From: Octopus vulgaris
Lineage: Eukaryota
Direction of reading: 5' to 3'
Length of the DNA stretch: 64,000 bases
NCBI GenBank assembly: GCA_951406725.2
Contig: OX597838.1
Span: forward strand, 31,744,001-31,808,000
A program made the translations under genes and the position numbers. How positions within the stretch are numbered: the stretch's first letter is position 1; every line of letters starts with the position of its first letter. A model generated the notes under the pieces. That model was given only the letters and a program-made list of their open reading frames with translations, made no database searches and had not been told where the DNA came from. Positions 24,708 to 37,187 of this stretch are shown piece after piece.

Positions 24708-25749
24708 CACTGAAAAAACATAGTACCCTAATTAGTGTTAGGAGTGTGACTAATGGAACTGCATGATGTCTACCTATCTGCACAAAAATTTTTGTTGTTT
24801 ATCCCCAGTTGGGCCCTGATCCAGCAGACTTCCCCATCAAAAAAAATTTTCAGCCCTGGTCCTCTTGTCTTTCTTTTTCAGACTTAGTCTGAAGACAGTA
24901 AGGTGTGAGTTGAAGATTTGGCTGCTATTTCTAGCAATGTGAACAGCCAGCCTCATAAAGGTTCCCCCATTGGCAGTGGTGTTGATGGTTTAAGTATTGC
25001 TACTGATGTGTTATTAATTGTTGTTATTGCTCATATTGTTATGTCAACCTTTATTTAGTAGACTCAATATCAAACACACTTCAGTTGTGACCATCTTGTC
25101 TTTTATTCAGACAGCATCTTTGGTAACATTGTCCAATATGCCCCCTTTTTTTTTTTTTGGAGACAGTGGGGCATTTGAATTAAGGGAGAGCAAGACGTGA
25201 CTGCTATTTCTAGCAAGTTGAATGACCACATAGAGGCTCCCATATTAGTTTGCTGTTCAGAAATTTAGATGAGATCATTGACAGAGGAATGAAGGGTTTT
25301 TCTTTCACCTTTTCCCTCCCCCCACCGATTCATTTATTCATCAGCATGCCCACCCATATACCCGTATACACCCTTCATCTTCTAGTTCCTTCCCTCCCAT
25401 CCAATATACCCTATTTATTGTTCTGTTGTTTCCATGGTTACCAACACACATCAACTGACATGAAAAACATTTTTTCACATCACTTGCTTAGATGAGAGAT
25501 CAATTATAATCATGATTTCTCCCTTTCAGTGATGGTTGTGGCTTGGGGGTGGTCAGTTGGGGGGGTGGGGTAGCCAGTCGGTGGGGTTGGGGGAACTGAT
25601 CCTTGTCCTTAACTCTGCTTCCACCACCACCCCTTCCTGCTTCCTCATCTTCCTTCTCGTTTTGTCATCTTTTCTACACTCTTCAGAAATGTAAGTAGCT
25701 GTATATGTTGTTTGTATGTGTTTATTTACTATATATGCATGTGTTTGTG

Positions 25750-26088
<339 letters not shown>

Positions 26089-26479
26089 CTAAACCGACTG
26101 CTTTAATGGTTGTAAGAACAGTTTTATAGTCTGTGTTTGCTCAAGGTTCCTTGTAATTCCTTGCAGCAGTTTGAACCAGTTGCAGCAAGAGGTATTTTTC
26201 TGCAACATGTGTATAATAAGCACGACAACACTTCTCCTTAGAGTTGTTTACTATCCCTGAACCTATAATTAAGGCACACAACTTTTTCACATCTTCAGAA
26301 ATATGTCTGGGAAAGCAGCTGCCAATCTTTTCATCACTAGCAATTTCAGTTACCCAGAGATTGATGGGGAAACTTTTCAGTGGCCACAGTGCTGGGTTCA
26401 AACAGGCCTCAAGTAGTCATGTCTCCCTTAAGAGGTAACAATACTTTGGATCTGTTACTTACCACTGCTCCTGAAACTA

Positions 26480-26672
26480 TTGCCGGGCGAAATGTGTTGC
26501 TGTATTTCGTCTGCTGTTACCGTCTGAGTTTAAATTCTGCCGAGGTCGACTTTGCCTTTCATCCTTTCGGGGTTGATAAATAAAGTACCAGTTACACACT
26601 GGGGTCGATATAATCGACTTAATCCCTTTGTCTGTCTTTGTTTGTCCCCTCTATGTTTATCCCCTTGTGGGC

Positions 26673-26708
<36 letters not shown>

Positions 26709-26942
26709 TTAGCGTCCGTTTTCCATGCTAGCATGGGTTGGATGGTTCAACTGGGGTCTGTGAAGCCGGATGGCTGCATCAGGCCCAGTCAGATCTGGCA
26801 GTATTTCTACGGCTGGATGCCCTTATTAATGCCAACCACTCCGTGAGTGTAGTGGGTGCTTTTTACGTGCCACCCGCACAGGTGCCAGACGGAGCTGGCA
26901 AACAGCCACGAACGGATGGTGCTTTTACATGCCACCGGCACA
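26480..26942. mobile_element. SINE A (+, 26480-26674) tail-to-tail with family C (-, 26675-26942)
   Basis: Diagnostic motifs of both families on either side of (cat)n. Confidence 0.85.
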
Positions 26943-27761
26943 TCAGTATCACTACTGAAGAACCTTTAAGTGACTCTGACCCCCCCCTATAAACATTGCC
27001 AGTCTGTTTCTTAGGGGCCAAAAGGAAAACTGCCACCACTGCTAAACTGCTTGCTTTGATTGGAACGAAGCTGACTGGGATTCCTTTTGTACTGGGTTAC
27101 TGTACCCAGACTGGTTCTAATATTACAACTCTGGAGATGTCAGTTCTGTCCTTCAGCTTGTCGTTAATTCAATCGCGGCTTCATCCGAAACATCAGTCCC
27201 ACGTAAATGTATTAGAAGCTTCAAAATTGTAATTTGGGAAACTGCAGCAGTCCACTTTGCCAGGAAAGAATGACAAAATGCTGAACGTAAATACAGATTT
27301 CATAGAAGTAGATGCAATGGAGCATCCAGCCATATCAAAAAATGACAGTACTTAAATTTGAACTATGCTTAGCAACCAGCATAGATGGTAAAGGCTTCTA
27401 GAAATATGTGCATTCAAAACAAGGGTCTTACTTTACAGTTGGCCCTCTGCAATTCCTACACAGATCATAAAACTCATGATCCCCCAAAATGCACAGAAGT
27501 TATTACTAAATGCTATGCCGGTAATTTTTGGCTGAAGAAAATCCAAATGTCCCATTTACTCCGTTTCTGACATTTAATTCCTGAACGTCTTTTGAATTTA
27601 CTCCTGCAATGCTACAACATCACCTCAAGCCTATGTGCAGCTATGCTTCATTTTGGTCTTGATGAGGTATTTTTCTGCTTCTCAAATCTGGGCTCTTTCT
27701 ACTGTGCAGTTTTTACTCTTCTTTCAATTCTGCCTTAATAACTGTGGTACTCCCTTAAAAT

Positions 27762-27980
27762 ATTCTTTTCTACTTTAGGCGCAAGGCCTGAAATTTTTGG
27801 GGAGGGGGACCAATCGAGTAGATCAATCCCAGTGCGCAACTGGTACTTAATTTATCAATCCTGAAAGGATGAAAGGCAAAGTCGACCTTGGCAGAATTTG
27901 TATTCAGAACATAAAGACAGATGAAATACTGCTAAGCATTTTACCCAGCATACTAACATTTCTGCCAGTTCGCCATCTTA
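27762..27980 (-). mobile_element. SINE family A
   Basis: tggtacttaatttatc..gaaaggatgaaaggcaaagtcgacc. Confidence 0.85.
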
Positions 27981-28372
27981 CCCCCTTAGAATATTGGAAA
28001 ATTGGTGTTTAAAAAGAGTAGCTTTTTTTGAATAGGGAAATATGTACATTACTTTCCAGTTAGTCTCACTTTTCAGTTAGTCTCATCAAATTGATGAATT
28101 CTGAAACTTCTGGAATCTCATAATTTTATTCAATCTTCACAGTTTGGATTTGTCTCTAGCCTTAGCTGCTGTGGCAAGTGGTCAGCTCATTTTCCCTTTA
28201 GCATTTAAACTGGCCAAATCCTGCCCAATAGTCTATCAATTTTATGTTCAAACTGCCAATATCCAGCCTCTCACACCTACCCTACAGTGTCATTCTAAAA
28301 ATATACGATCATATCACCAAAATCTTATGGTTTTGAGATAATGCATGATTAATTCAAAACAATGTCAATAAA

Positions 28373-28627
28373 ACAATTGCAGCGTGGAAGGTGTTTGTAA
28401 GCGATTTAAGAAACACTCAAAAGCTGTTCGATTCACTTCAACATTTAAATTTAATTTGTCAAAATATTTTCGTCGCTTTAAGACTGCGACGTGTTCACTG
28501 ACAAAAATCTGTGCTGCATCTCAGCATGGATTTTTAAATGGCTTACAAACACCTTCCACGCTGCAATTGTTTTCGTTTCAGCACACGATCTCAGATCAAA
28601 TCACTTGCTATGCAAGTACATCTCCGT
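28373..28627. mobile_element. Fold-back retroelement (Penelope-like inverted pseudo-LTR), copy 1
   Basis: Inverted arms (acaattgcagcgtggaaggtgtttgtaag / cttacaaacaccttccacgctgcaattgt); one arm has a ~55-nt extension; TSD aatgtcaataaa/aatatcaataaa; contains a hammerhead. Confidence 0.75.
28455..28505 (-). ncRNA. Minimal type-I hammerhead ribozyme, G3-C8 core variant
   Basis: UUUGUCA-GUGAACA-C-GUCGC-aguc uuaaa-GCGAC-GAAA-AUAU-UU-UGACAAA: stem I 7 bp, stem II 5 bp, palindromic stem III. Confidence 0.7.
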
Positions 28628-29123
28628 AATATCAATAAATAAATAAAGATTACTTTTGACAGAGTAATCTGAATGCTAAGGGGTTAAAAGTCCATGAAGA
28701 CATCACCTAAATCACACATGGTGGCTCATGGGTTGATTTAATTAGTCTCAACTTCACCAAATCCTTTAATTGGACGTAGCAAGTCAAATATGGATGGCAG
28801 CGCTGGTGGTCAACTGGGAAAATAACTAAGAAATGAAGGGTTCAAATCATGTCATCCACTGGCGCTGCATTTTAGACTTTGTCATGACACTTGATAGTCA
28901 AATGTGTCGGTCACTGTAGCCAATTAGAACAACTCATCCCTCTAAAAGTTGCTCCTTAGCTTGCAGTACTAAGTTCAATCCCACTTATGGTTTGTATCTT
29001 GAAGATGGATACCCTTGATACAACATGTAGGGACAGAGCCCTGTTGTGGGGTACCAACAACTCAGTGAAACTATGTACCCCACCAGTGTAGTAGGGTACA
29101 TAAGTCAGCCTTTATAAACTTAC

Positions 29124-29147
29124 CTTTCTCCACACTATTGAATATAT
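29124..29147 (-). other. Candidate 24-nt microexon of an unidentified host gene
   Basis: Minus strand tttcag|ATATATTCAATAGTGTGGAGAAAG|gtaagt; frame-preserving; open in two of three phases. Confidence 0.3.
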
Positions 29148-29749
29148 CTGAAATCATGAAGTACTCTGAGTATGTGGAGTGGAATAGCTTACACTGGAGA
29201 ATTGACTGTATGATAGAAACCAGTTCACCAGGAGCTCACCATCTCACTGTTTTCATTAGTGTATTTTAGTATTTCTTTTTCATTTTTGTTTCCGTCTTTG
29301 TTTTGTCCCCCCACCCACCCTAAAATTAGTTGCAAATGGAATAGGAAAGAGAATTGCTGAGTCATTGATAGACTTCAAATGACTGACTGACTATTTCATC
29401 TGTGGACTTGGTGATTCCTAAGTACTGGCTCAACACCAAATTGGTTCACGTTCATTTTCTTTATACCACACACACACACATACACACACACTCTCACACA
29501 CACACATTTGCAATAAAAACCTAACAAAAGGCTGATACACACACCTTGCACCTTTCTCTCTCTCTTTCTGTGTGTGTGTGTATGTGTGTGTGTGTGTGTG
29601 TATTAAACAAGAGGATAGGTGAGAGCAGTTGATGGAAACAAGTGGTTGGAAGGGGGTAAATTATTAGAACTTGTAAACAACTGAAATATAGCTTGAGGTG
29701 TGTTTCTGTAGACATTACTACTCCACTGCTGTTGTTGTTGCTATCATCA

Positions 29750-29787
<38 letters not shown>

Positions 29788-30536
29788 TCTGAGAAGCAGA
29801 GCTATATTCAGAAGCTAATTGGCCACTTTGATAATAAAAGGGAGACGTAGAATGAGTAAGAGGAGAGGACATTGGTAGTAAGTGTATTGATTATAGGTAG
29901 ATATTATCTGTTGTCCAATTTATCTTCCTCTGCTCCCCTCCCCCCAGTACCAAAACTAGACACAAAATAGACTTTAAAACAGAACCATATATAAGAGAAG
30001 CTGCGTTCAGACAGCAATATTGTCACCCCCTCCTCCCTACATCCCTGCTTTTTGTGCACCGTAGTGAGTGTGTGTGTGGGTGGGGGTGATAACCTGAAAA
30101 ATGTTCCAGTACATATGTCTTAATTTTCTCCAAGAATATCTTGTTCCTGTACCTAGTTTAAAATATCCGCGGTGGTGTCGTATCTCAGTGGCAATCCCAG
30201 AAAAAAAAAAAAAAATTAGTGACTGTGACATACATGCTTTTCCAGAACATTATTATGTGTGATTGCAGCCAATGATAAAGCCTCTGTCTGATTCACTGTC
30301 AAGTGTTGTCATAAATTAAGAAAGACAGGTTGGATAGTGAGGTCTAAGATACACCGAATCTGTTAAAAGGATGGGATGGATACAACTGAAATGCTTTTTG
30401 ATTACAGATCTACTGTGTCAGAGCTGACCTTAAGTTAAACAACAATTGTTCTACAATAATCGTTCATCAACATGCTGTACCAGGCGATGATCTCTGCTGT
30501 ATAATAGTTCCAATACCTTTGAACTTACCAAATGTG

Positions 30537-30957
30537 GGATCTTTTCGGTTTGAACGGCAGTTTTTAACATAATTTCTAAGTAATTAAAAAATTTTAAACT
30601 TCGTATACTGGTAGAATGTGTTTATAAAACATCTTTTTCTCTTACCTTTATTGAGAAAATTCTATAGTTTGTAAGATATTTGTTGTTTTTTTCTTCAATT
30701 TCTGCAATTTCAACCAATCAGTGACGTCTATTGAGTTAAAAAACATTCTGTGCCGTATGAATATGTCCCTCGTTTAAGAAACAGATTGGGTTTATTTACA
30801 TTTGTGAAGAAAAAAAGATACCCTTCCCCCACCCCTAACCCTAACCCTAACCCTAAAAGAGATTGAAATGCAAGAGATCGATTCTAGGGTCATAATTATG
30901 GGTGGCAATTTCATATGACACCGCTAGGAAAAACTGCCGTTCAAACCGAAAAGATCC
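30537..30957 (+). mobile_element. Merlin-like MITE with internal (CCCTAA)n, intact copy
   Basis: TIRs ggatcttttcggtttgaacggcagtttt / aaaactgccgttcaaaccgaaaagatcc; perfect 8-bp TSD caaatgtg (30529-30536, 30958-30965); ccctaa repeats at 30833-30856. Confidence 0.9.
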
Positions 30958-30990
30958 CAAATGTGTAACATCCACTATCCAAACCTGCCA

Positions 30991-31026
<36 letters not shown>

Positions 31027-31289
31027 CCCACTGTCTTTTACAGCCATTAGCAAACTGCAACCTGCTGGACTTTCTGAATGGCAAACCTTAGAATTACCTT
31101 GAATTTTCTTCTAAACCAAACTTTAAAGACTATGGGCATTGTTCCTCCTCCTGGTCCCCCATATTTTTCATTGAGTACACTGTAAACTATGGCTGCAGTG
31201 GTATCACAGGCACAGGGTGACAGAAGAAAGACTTGGTCTGCAGCAGATTCACAGGGAGAGGAAGTTAGAGTACGCATGACATAAAATCT

Positions 31290-31400
31290 TCCAAATGCTC
31301 TGAAGGCTTCTTCTTGGTTGTAGTAGCTTGGTGCCCTAATTAACGGAGAGGAGAGTTCCAAGAGTATAGCAGTTCCAAAGTAAGAATAGAATGGAAAAAG
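31290..31400 (-). mobile_element. Possible CR1-like LINE 3' remnant
   Basis: Minus HSILTL..YSWNS..P..YN resembles SFFPRT..LWNSLP..VFP..YN. Confidence 0.3.
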
Positions 31401-32274
31401 TTCAGGGAACTCTTACTTTGGCTGGCAAAAAAAATAATTTCTCTCTGCTAGGGAAGGTTAGATTACATGATGCCTGTGTATGAAGTGCAATGTTGCATGG
31501 TCATGAAACATAAGCCTTAGGCGCAGAGAATATATGAAGGCTCAATAGAAAATAAGTGAGCATTCTCTGCTGAATGAATGTTAGTATGAATAAACAATGG
31601 AGTGTAAATGAGTTGAGTGAGTGCAAAACAGGGTATAAGACAAATCTAATGCAGTGTGTAAATGAGAAAACTGCTTGTACAGATGTGTATGAAGTAGTAG
31701 TTATAGTAGTATGGAGGCATGTGCTGTAGTAGCTTGTTGTTGCATCCACCATTTCTCGATGGTTCCCTACTCTTGGTGGCTGACACCTTTGCTCCACTCA
31801 GGTGGCAACCTTCCAACCCATGGGTCTGTTTGTGTAGTTATTGCTGGTGAAGGTTTTTACAAGATCAGAGTACAGATCCTACCACAATGTCATTTAGTTG
31901 CCTTTTCTGATAAACACTGAAAATTTTGTGTCTATTCTTCGACATGCAGGTCCCCACAGTAACATGAAATGAAGTGTTTTGCTCAAGAACACAACATGCT
32001 TCCCAATGCGGGTATTGAATCCACGATCAGGCAGTCACGAATGCAACACTCTGACCACTAGGCTACTCACATTTAAATAAAGGTTTTCCTAGATATCCAA
32101 GTGGATGGAACCTGAAGAAGAGGAGAACAAAAAAGACATGGGTAGTGGTGAAGATTGATGTAATGAGGCTGGACATCACCTCACATGCAATGCAAGCATG
32201 CACACAGGGTGCACCAAATAGTGAGATGTTGCGCTGGAGAAGAGCAATCAAATCCATGGAAATTCTTCTGTCTT

Positions 32275-32678
32275 TCTTTTCTTTTACTTGTTTCAGTCAT
32301 TTGACTGCAGCCATGCTGGAGCACCGCCTCTAGTCGAGCAAATCGACCGCAAGACTTATTCTTTGTAAGCCTAGTACTTATTCTATTGGTCTCTTTTGCC
32401 AAACTGCTAAGTTTTGGGGACATAAACACACCAGCATCGGTTGTCAAGCGATGTTGGGGGGACAAACACAGGCACACAATGATACACACACACACACACC
32501 CACACACACATATATATATATATACACATATACGATGGGCTTCTTTCAGTTTCCATCTACCAAATCCACTCACAAGGCTTTGGTCGGCCCGAGGCTATAG
32601 TAGAAGACACTTGCCCAAGATGCCATGCAGTGGGACTGAACCCATGACCATGTGGTTGGTAAGCAAGCTACTCCTGCA
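32275..32678 (-). mobile_element. SINE family B, full length
   Basis: As 4184-4588. Confidence 0.9.
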
Positions 32679-33341
32679 CTTATGTGGAAAATAAATCTGG
32701 AAACAATGATGATTATACACACATACCTTTCTATCTTAGAATTTATCTTACTTTAATGTAGAATGACATTCATACATTTCCCTTCATGAGAAAGGCTGAT
32801 GGTATGTGGAATATGAACTCAGATTGGAAAAAGCCAGAATAGATACCTCACGGTAGCTCATCCAATTCTCTAACAATTTTGCAAACCTACCATACTGGAC
32901 TGGTACTTTATTAAAAGCAGAAAGAATAAAAGACATCGATGGCCTTGGTGTGATTTGAACCCGAAGCTGGAACAAATACTACAATTAAAAATTTTTTTTA
33001 TTTTTAATTTAAAAAATTTTTTTATTATTATTACTATTATTGTTATACATACATACATATATACATACATGCATACATAATAATAATAATAATGATAATG
33101 ATAATAATAATGATAATAATGATAAGTGGGTGTAAACACATGAACAAAATAAGAATAAACAAATTACATGAACGTATATAAACAGAAGATACAAATATTA
33201 CAGGCATTCCCTGCCCCCACTAACTAAACATAGACACACATTGAGATATATGCATGCGCAAATGAAGACACATACAATAGAAATACAAAATGGCTGACAG
33301 TTAGTAAGGAGAGACACACAAATAAGAAAGAAGAAAGCAAA

Positions 33342-33386
33342 GGACCACTGATGCAGTCACAGGAGTGTGACGAAAGAACTCTGGCC
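33342..33386 (+). ncRNA. Degenerate minimal hammerhead-like motif (second family)
   Basis: ggACCA-CUGAUGCA-GUCAC-aggagu-GUGAC-GAAA-GAAC-UC-UGGcc. Confidence 0.5.
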
Positions 33387-33654
33387 GAAATAAGATTAAG
33401 ATTAATGTAAAAAATAAATAACGCTGAAGCAAAGTAACACCAAATATATAGTGCGTGTGATTTTATTGGCTAAACTGGCAAAATGACCATTCCTAAATAC
33501 AAAAATACTACAAGGTTTTCTATCTAATGCACTTTATGTATTGACTACTTTTACATTATGTGTGTGTGTATGTGTTATGGATAACACGTAAAAGAAAAAC
33601 TGCTTTTTTTTACCATTCCCTGTGGTGAATGCAGCTTTGTCTAGAAGGAATTGA

Positions 33655-34497
33655 TTTCTTCAGATTGTATCCAACAATCGTTGGTTGTTTCATCTCTGAA
33701 CCACAACACCCTTCCACTTGTGGGTTAGCAGAGGTGGCCAAATCGCTACTCCTCATCTCCCCTTGGCTTACAGCTTAACTCTTCTCTCTTGCTCCATAAC
33801 CAGCAAAGTGCTCTCTCTTGTTTCTTCCATCCTGCACACAGTCACCTTTCGCTGTTTTCCTCTTATTCCAATGGCTGTGTGAGCATCCTCCATGCCGACT
33901 GGGAAGGAAACTCCCTACAGCCAACCTCCACTGGCAAAACCCATGACTAACATCGCTTCTTCCTGCAATCCTGCTGAAGACTCTCTAGAATCGTTAGCAC
34001 GCCGGGCGAAATGCTTAGCAGTATTTTGCCTGCGGTTATGTTCCGAGTTCAAATTCCACCGAGGTCGACTTTGCCTTTCATCCTTTCGGGGTCGATTAAA
34101 TAAGTACCAGTTACGCACTGGGGTCGATATGATCGACTTAATCCGTTTGTCCCCTCTGTGTTTAGCCCATTGTGGGTAGTAAAGAAATTGTAAACTTGAT
34201 GAAAATTATTCCTCTTTAGCTTTTCAGACCACAAAATTACATCAGATCTTAGGGTTGCCTGGATGATCTTGAGAAACTGCAGTCTCTCTCCCAGGTCTGC
34301 TTTCATAAACCTATGATTAGGTCCCTTGTAGTAGACTATTTGTTCTCTTTGCAGTCCTCACTGGCTTTTCTCCTTCCTTCATGAACTTGATTGCTGGTCC
34401 TTTTTTCTCCTGCTGCTGTTGTTTTTTGAGCCTTTCTTGTTCCGCGGTATGAGTGTGGCAAATACCTTGTCAAGGTGCCGCGTGTATCTTCCTTGAG
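33655..34497 (-). mobile_element. HERO-clade non-LTR retrotransposon 3' end (RLE domain), interrupted by SINE A (33987-34188, +)
   Basis: Minus translations QGRYTRHLDKVF, IKFMKEGEKP, MKADLGERLQFLKIIQATLRSDVILWSEK, SLQQDCRKK..WVLPVEVGCREFPSQSAWRMLTAIG, WLWSKR match HERO motifs QGRYxWRHD, TxLRPDIVLWS, VEVGCRGF, SxWLW. Confidence 0.85.
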
Positions 34498-35302
34498 TAT
34501 ATATATGTGTTATACATGCAGAGAGAGAGAGAGAGAGAGATGTACATACAAGCACTCATACACCATATACACACAAACAAATGTGAGTGGGTGTGTGTAT
34601 ATATATATAAAGAGAGAAAAGGTGAATACAGGTGTATAGTTTATAGAAACAATATTACTATAACTTGTCTGTTTTCCACTTGTCATTGTAGCTTTTCAAA
34701 ATAAAAACAACCACAGCAGAAGAAAATGTGTAAAATTTGCTGCAACAATCTAACACTGTATAGAATTACAGCGTTACATGGAGGATAACACCTAGTTCTT
34801 TCTTTTTTTTTTTTCCTTCTTGTTCCACCTCTGTCTTCCACTTATTTCTGTCAAGGAAAAATAATAAAAAAAAATGGAAAGAAAGAAAGAACATATTCCT
34901 CTCCTAAAACTAACCTGATTTGTCTTCTTCTAACTGGAGAAATAGACTGACAGTAAATAGATAGTGGTGGTGGTGGTGGAGAGATGGGGATGGTTAACTT
35001 GAAGGAAGAATGGAGAGAGAGAGAGATTTAAGGATTTCTTATCACTAAACCAGCCTTCCTTGTTCCATGCCACCACCACCACCACCACCACCACCACCTG
35101 CCCACTGCTCGCCTTTTTATTGCTATTTTTCTTTTGGCATGACATCAAAGACCAGTTTTGTGTTACTGTGAGATCCATAGGAGGGAAATACAACTCTGGT
35201 CTTTGCAAACAGTGACCTTGCTGATTAAATGTTGAGCCAAGGAACTGCTGTTCTGCTATTGGTGATGGCAGCGGTGGTGAAGGTAGTGATGGTGATATAT
35301 GT

Positions 35303-35346
<44 letters not shown>

Positions 35347-35562
35347 CACCTCCCCTATGCTAAAGCTGTCTATATTGAATCTGAAAATGTTATGAAACTA
35401 GAGCAATCGATATCAGCAGAATTGTATTATTTGTTATCATGTGATATCTAATGCACCAGGGAGAGAGAAGGAAAGTGAGAAAGATGGATCTTGTCTTTTG
35501 AGTCTTGTAATATTCTTCTTTCTCTCTCCCATCTCTCCCTCAACACACACACACACATACAT

Positions 35563-35601
<39 letters not shown>

Positions 35602-35929
35602 CGCTTTGACTTTGTGGGTTTTTTTTTTTTTTTTTGTGTGTTAGTAAAAATGGGGATGTGTTGTCCTGCAGCTGAATTTAGCTGAAAATGCCATTAAATG
35701 AAAGGTGTGATAATGTTTATATCTATAGACTGTGTGTGTGTGTGAGTGTGTGTGTGTGTGAGTGTATACACTCTCTCTCACACTGGCAGGTTTTATATAT
35801 TAATATGGTGTTATACAGGGTTTATATATATATCTGTGTAAATATGTTGTCCAGTTGTAAATGCTGTTAATTGTCTGTGCGTGTGTGTATATATGTGCAC
35901 ACACACACACATACACTTTTGTCTTCTCT

Positions 35930-36440
35930 TATCCCTTACACGCATGGGTTAAATGGATCTTCTCCAACAAAATGTCTCGCCACTTGTTGCAGCCTCTTTT
36001 CATCTTCCTGAGGTTAAGTGTCCTGGGATCAGCCCTTCCGCACTTCTCTAGTCTTCCTCTTCTACCCTCTTCTTCCATTTTGGTCACTTGGCATTTCTTC
36101 ACCAAACCGTTATCTGTCATTATACACATCGTATGTCTCCACCAGTACAGTCTTCTTTCTGTCTTGTGCGTATTGCAGTTAATTCCTCCTTTACGCATTT
36201 TTGCATTCAGCCTATACTATGCACTCTGTCACTCAAGCATGCTAAACATTATGCATCCAGCAGATCATGTTCGCCTCATTTCTTTTCAGCTGCAACACAA
36301 TCCCCATATTAGATGCCCAGGTTTCTTTGTAATGCACTATAAACGTAATACACATATAATACACAATCTGCCCTTTGCTTGAAGAAGGAAACCCTTTGTT
36401 ACCAGCTGAAATAGTTGCTCCCTGAACTTTTACTACAGCT
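35930..36440 (-). mobile_element. RTE LINE C-terminal fragment
   Basis: ERRLYWWRHTMCIM..LVKKC...GRRGRL..W resembles RRLRWYGHVxR..RGRP..W; upstream FRELL..TKG..KGRL motif. Confidence 0.75.
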
Positions 36441-36768
36441 CTTCGCCATTATAGTTTGGCAACATCCACTTCCTAGGTCACCTAATATCAGCTACTTCTG
36501 TTGGTGAGCCATCTGGATATTTTAAAAATTTCACGAGCGCTCTTAGATATTAACTACTCCTATGCATCTGCTACATGCAAAGTCCTTTTGTTTATCAGTC
36601 AGCTTGTTGTGATCCCACTGAATCTTTAGCATACACAATAGAGAATTCTTCTTAGTCCTTTTCTCAATAACTAGCAGTAGATTTCTCTGGCCTTTCTTAC
36701 TAAGACTTAATTTTGTTAGGCTTATTTTTAGACCTCTTTAATCTAAGTGGTGGTATTTATTATTAATA

Positions 36769-37185
36769 AGGTGAGCAGGAGTGGCTGTGTGGTAAGTAGC
36801 TTGCTAACCAACCACATAGTTCCGGGTTCAGTCCCATTGCGTGGCACCTTGGGCAAGTGTCTTCTGCTATAGCCCCGGGACGACCAATGCCTTGTGAGTG
36901 GATTTGGTAGACGGAAACTGAAAGAAGCCCGTCGTATATATGTATATATATATATATGTGTGTGCGTGTATGTTTGTGTGTCTGTGTTTGTCCCCCCAAC
37001 ATCGCTTGACAACTGATGCTGGTGTGTTTACGTCTCCGTTACTTAGCGGTTCGGCAAAAGAGACCGATAGAATAAGTACTGGGCTTACAAAAGAATAAGT
37101 CTTGGGGTCGAGTTGCTTGATTAAAGGCGGTGCTCCAGCATGGCCGCAGTCAAATGACTGAAACAAGTAAAAGAGTAAAAGAGAG
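36769..37185 (+). mobile_element. SINE family B, full length, young
   Basis: tRNA-like head, ccttgggcaagtg CORE-like box, gtaaaagagtaaaagag tail. Confidence 0.9.
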
Positions 37186-37187
37186 AG

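Larger units (their letters stand above)
28194..28683 (+). mobile_element. piggyBac-type MITE E1 interrupted by the fold-back element
   Basis: ccctttagcatttaaac...caaaacaatg [insertion] ...gacagagtaatctgaatgctaagggg TTAA. Confidence 0.85.

Noticed and set aside
30833-30856. Telomere or chromosome-fusion scar
   Set aside because: Only a few CCCTAA units, internal to a MITE present twice.
36769-36850. tRNA genes at SINE heads (also 7225-7299)
   Set aside because: A/B-box-like motifs continue into SINE bodies; no complete cloverleaf or oligo-T terminator.
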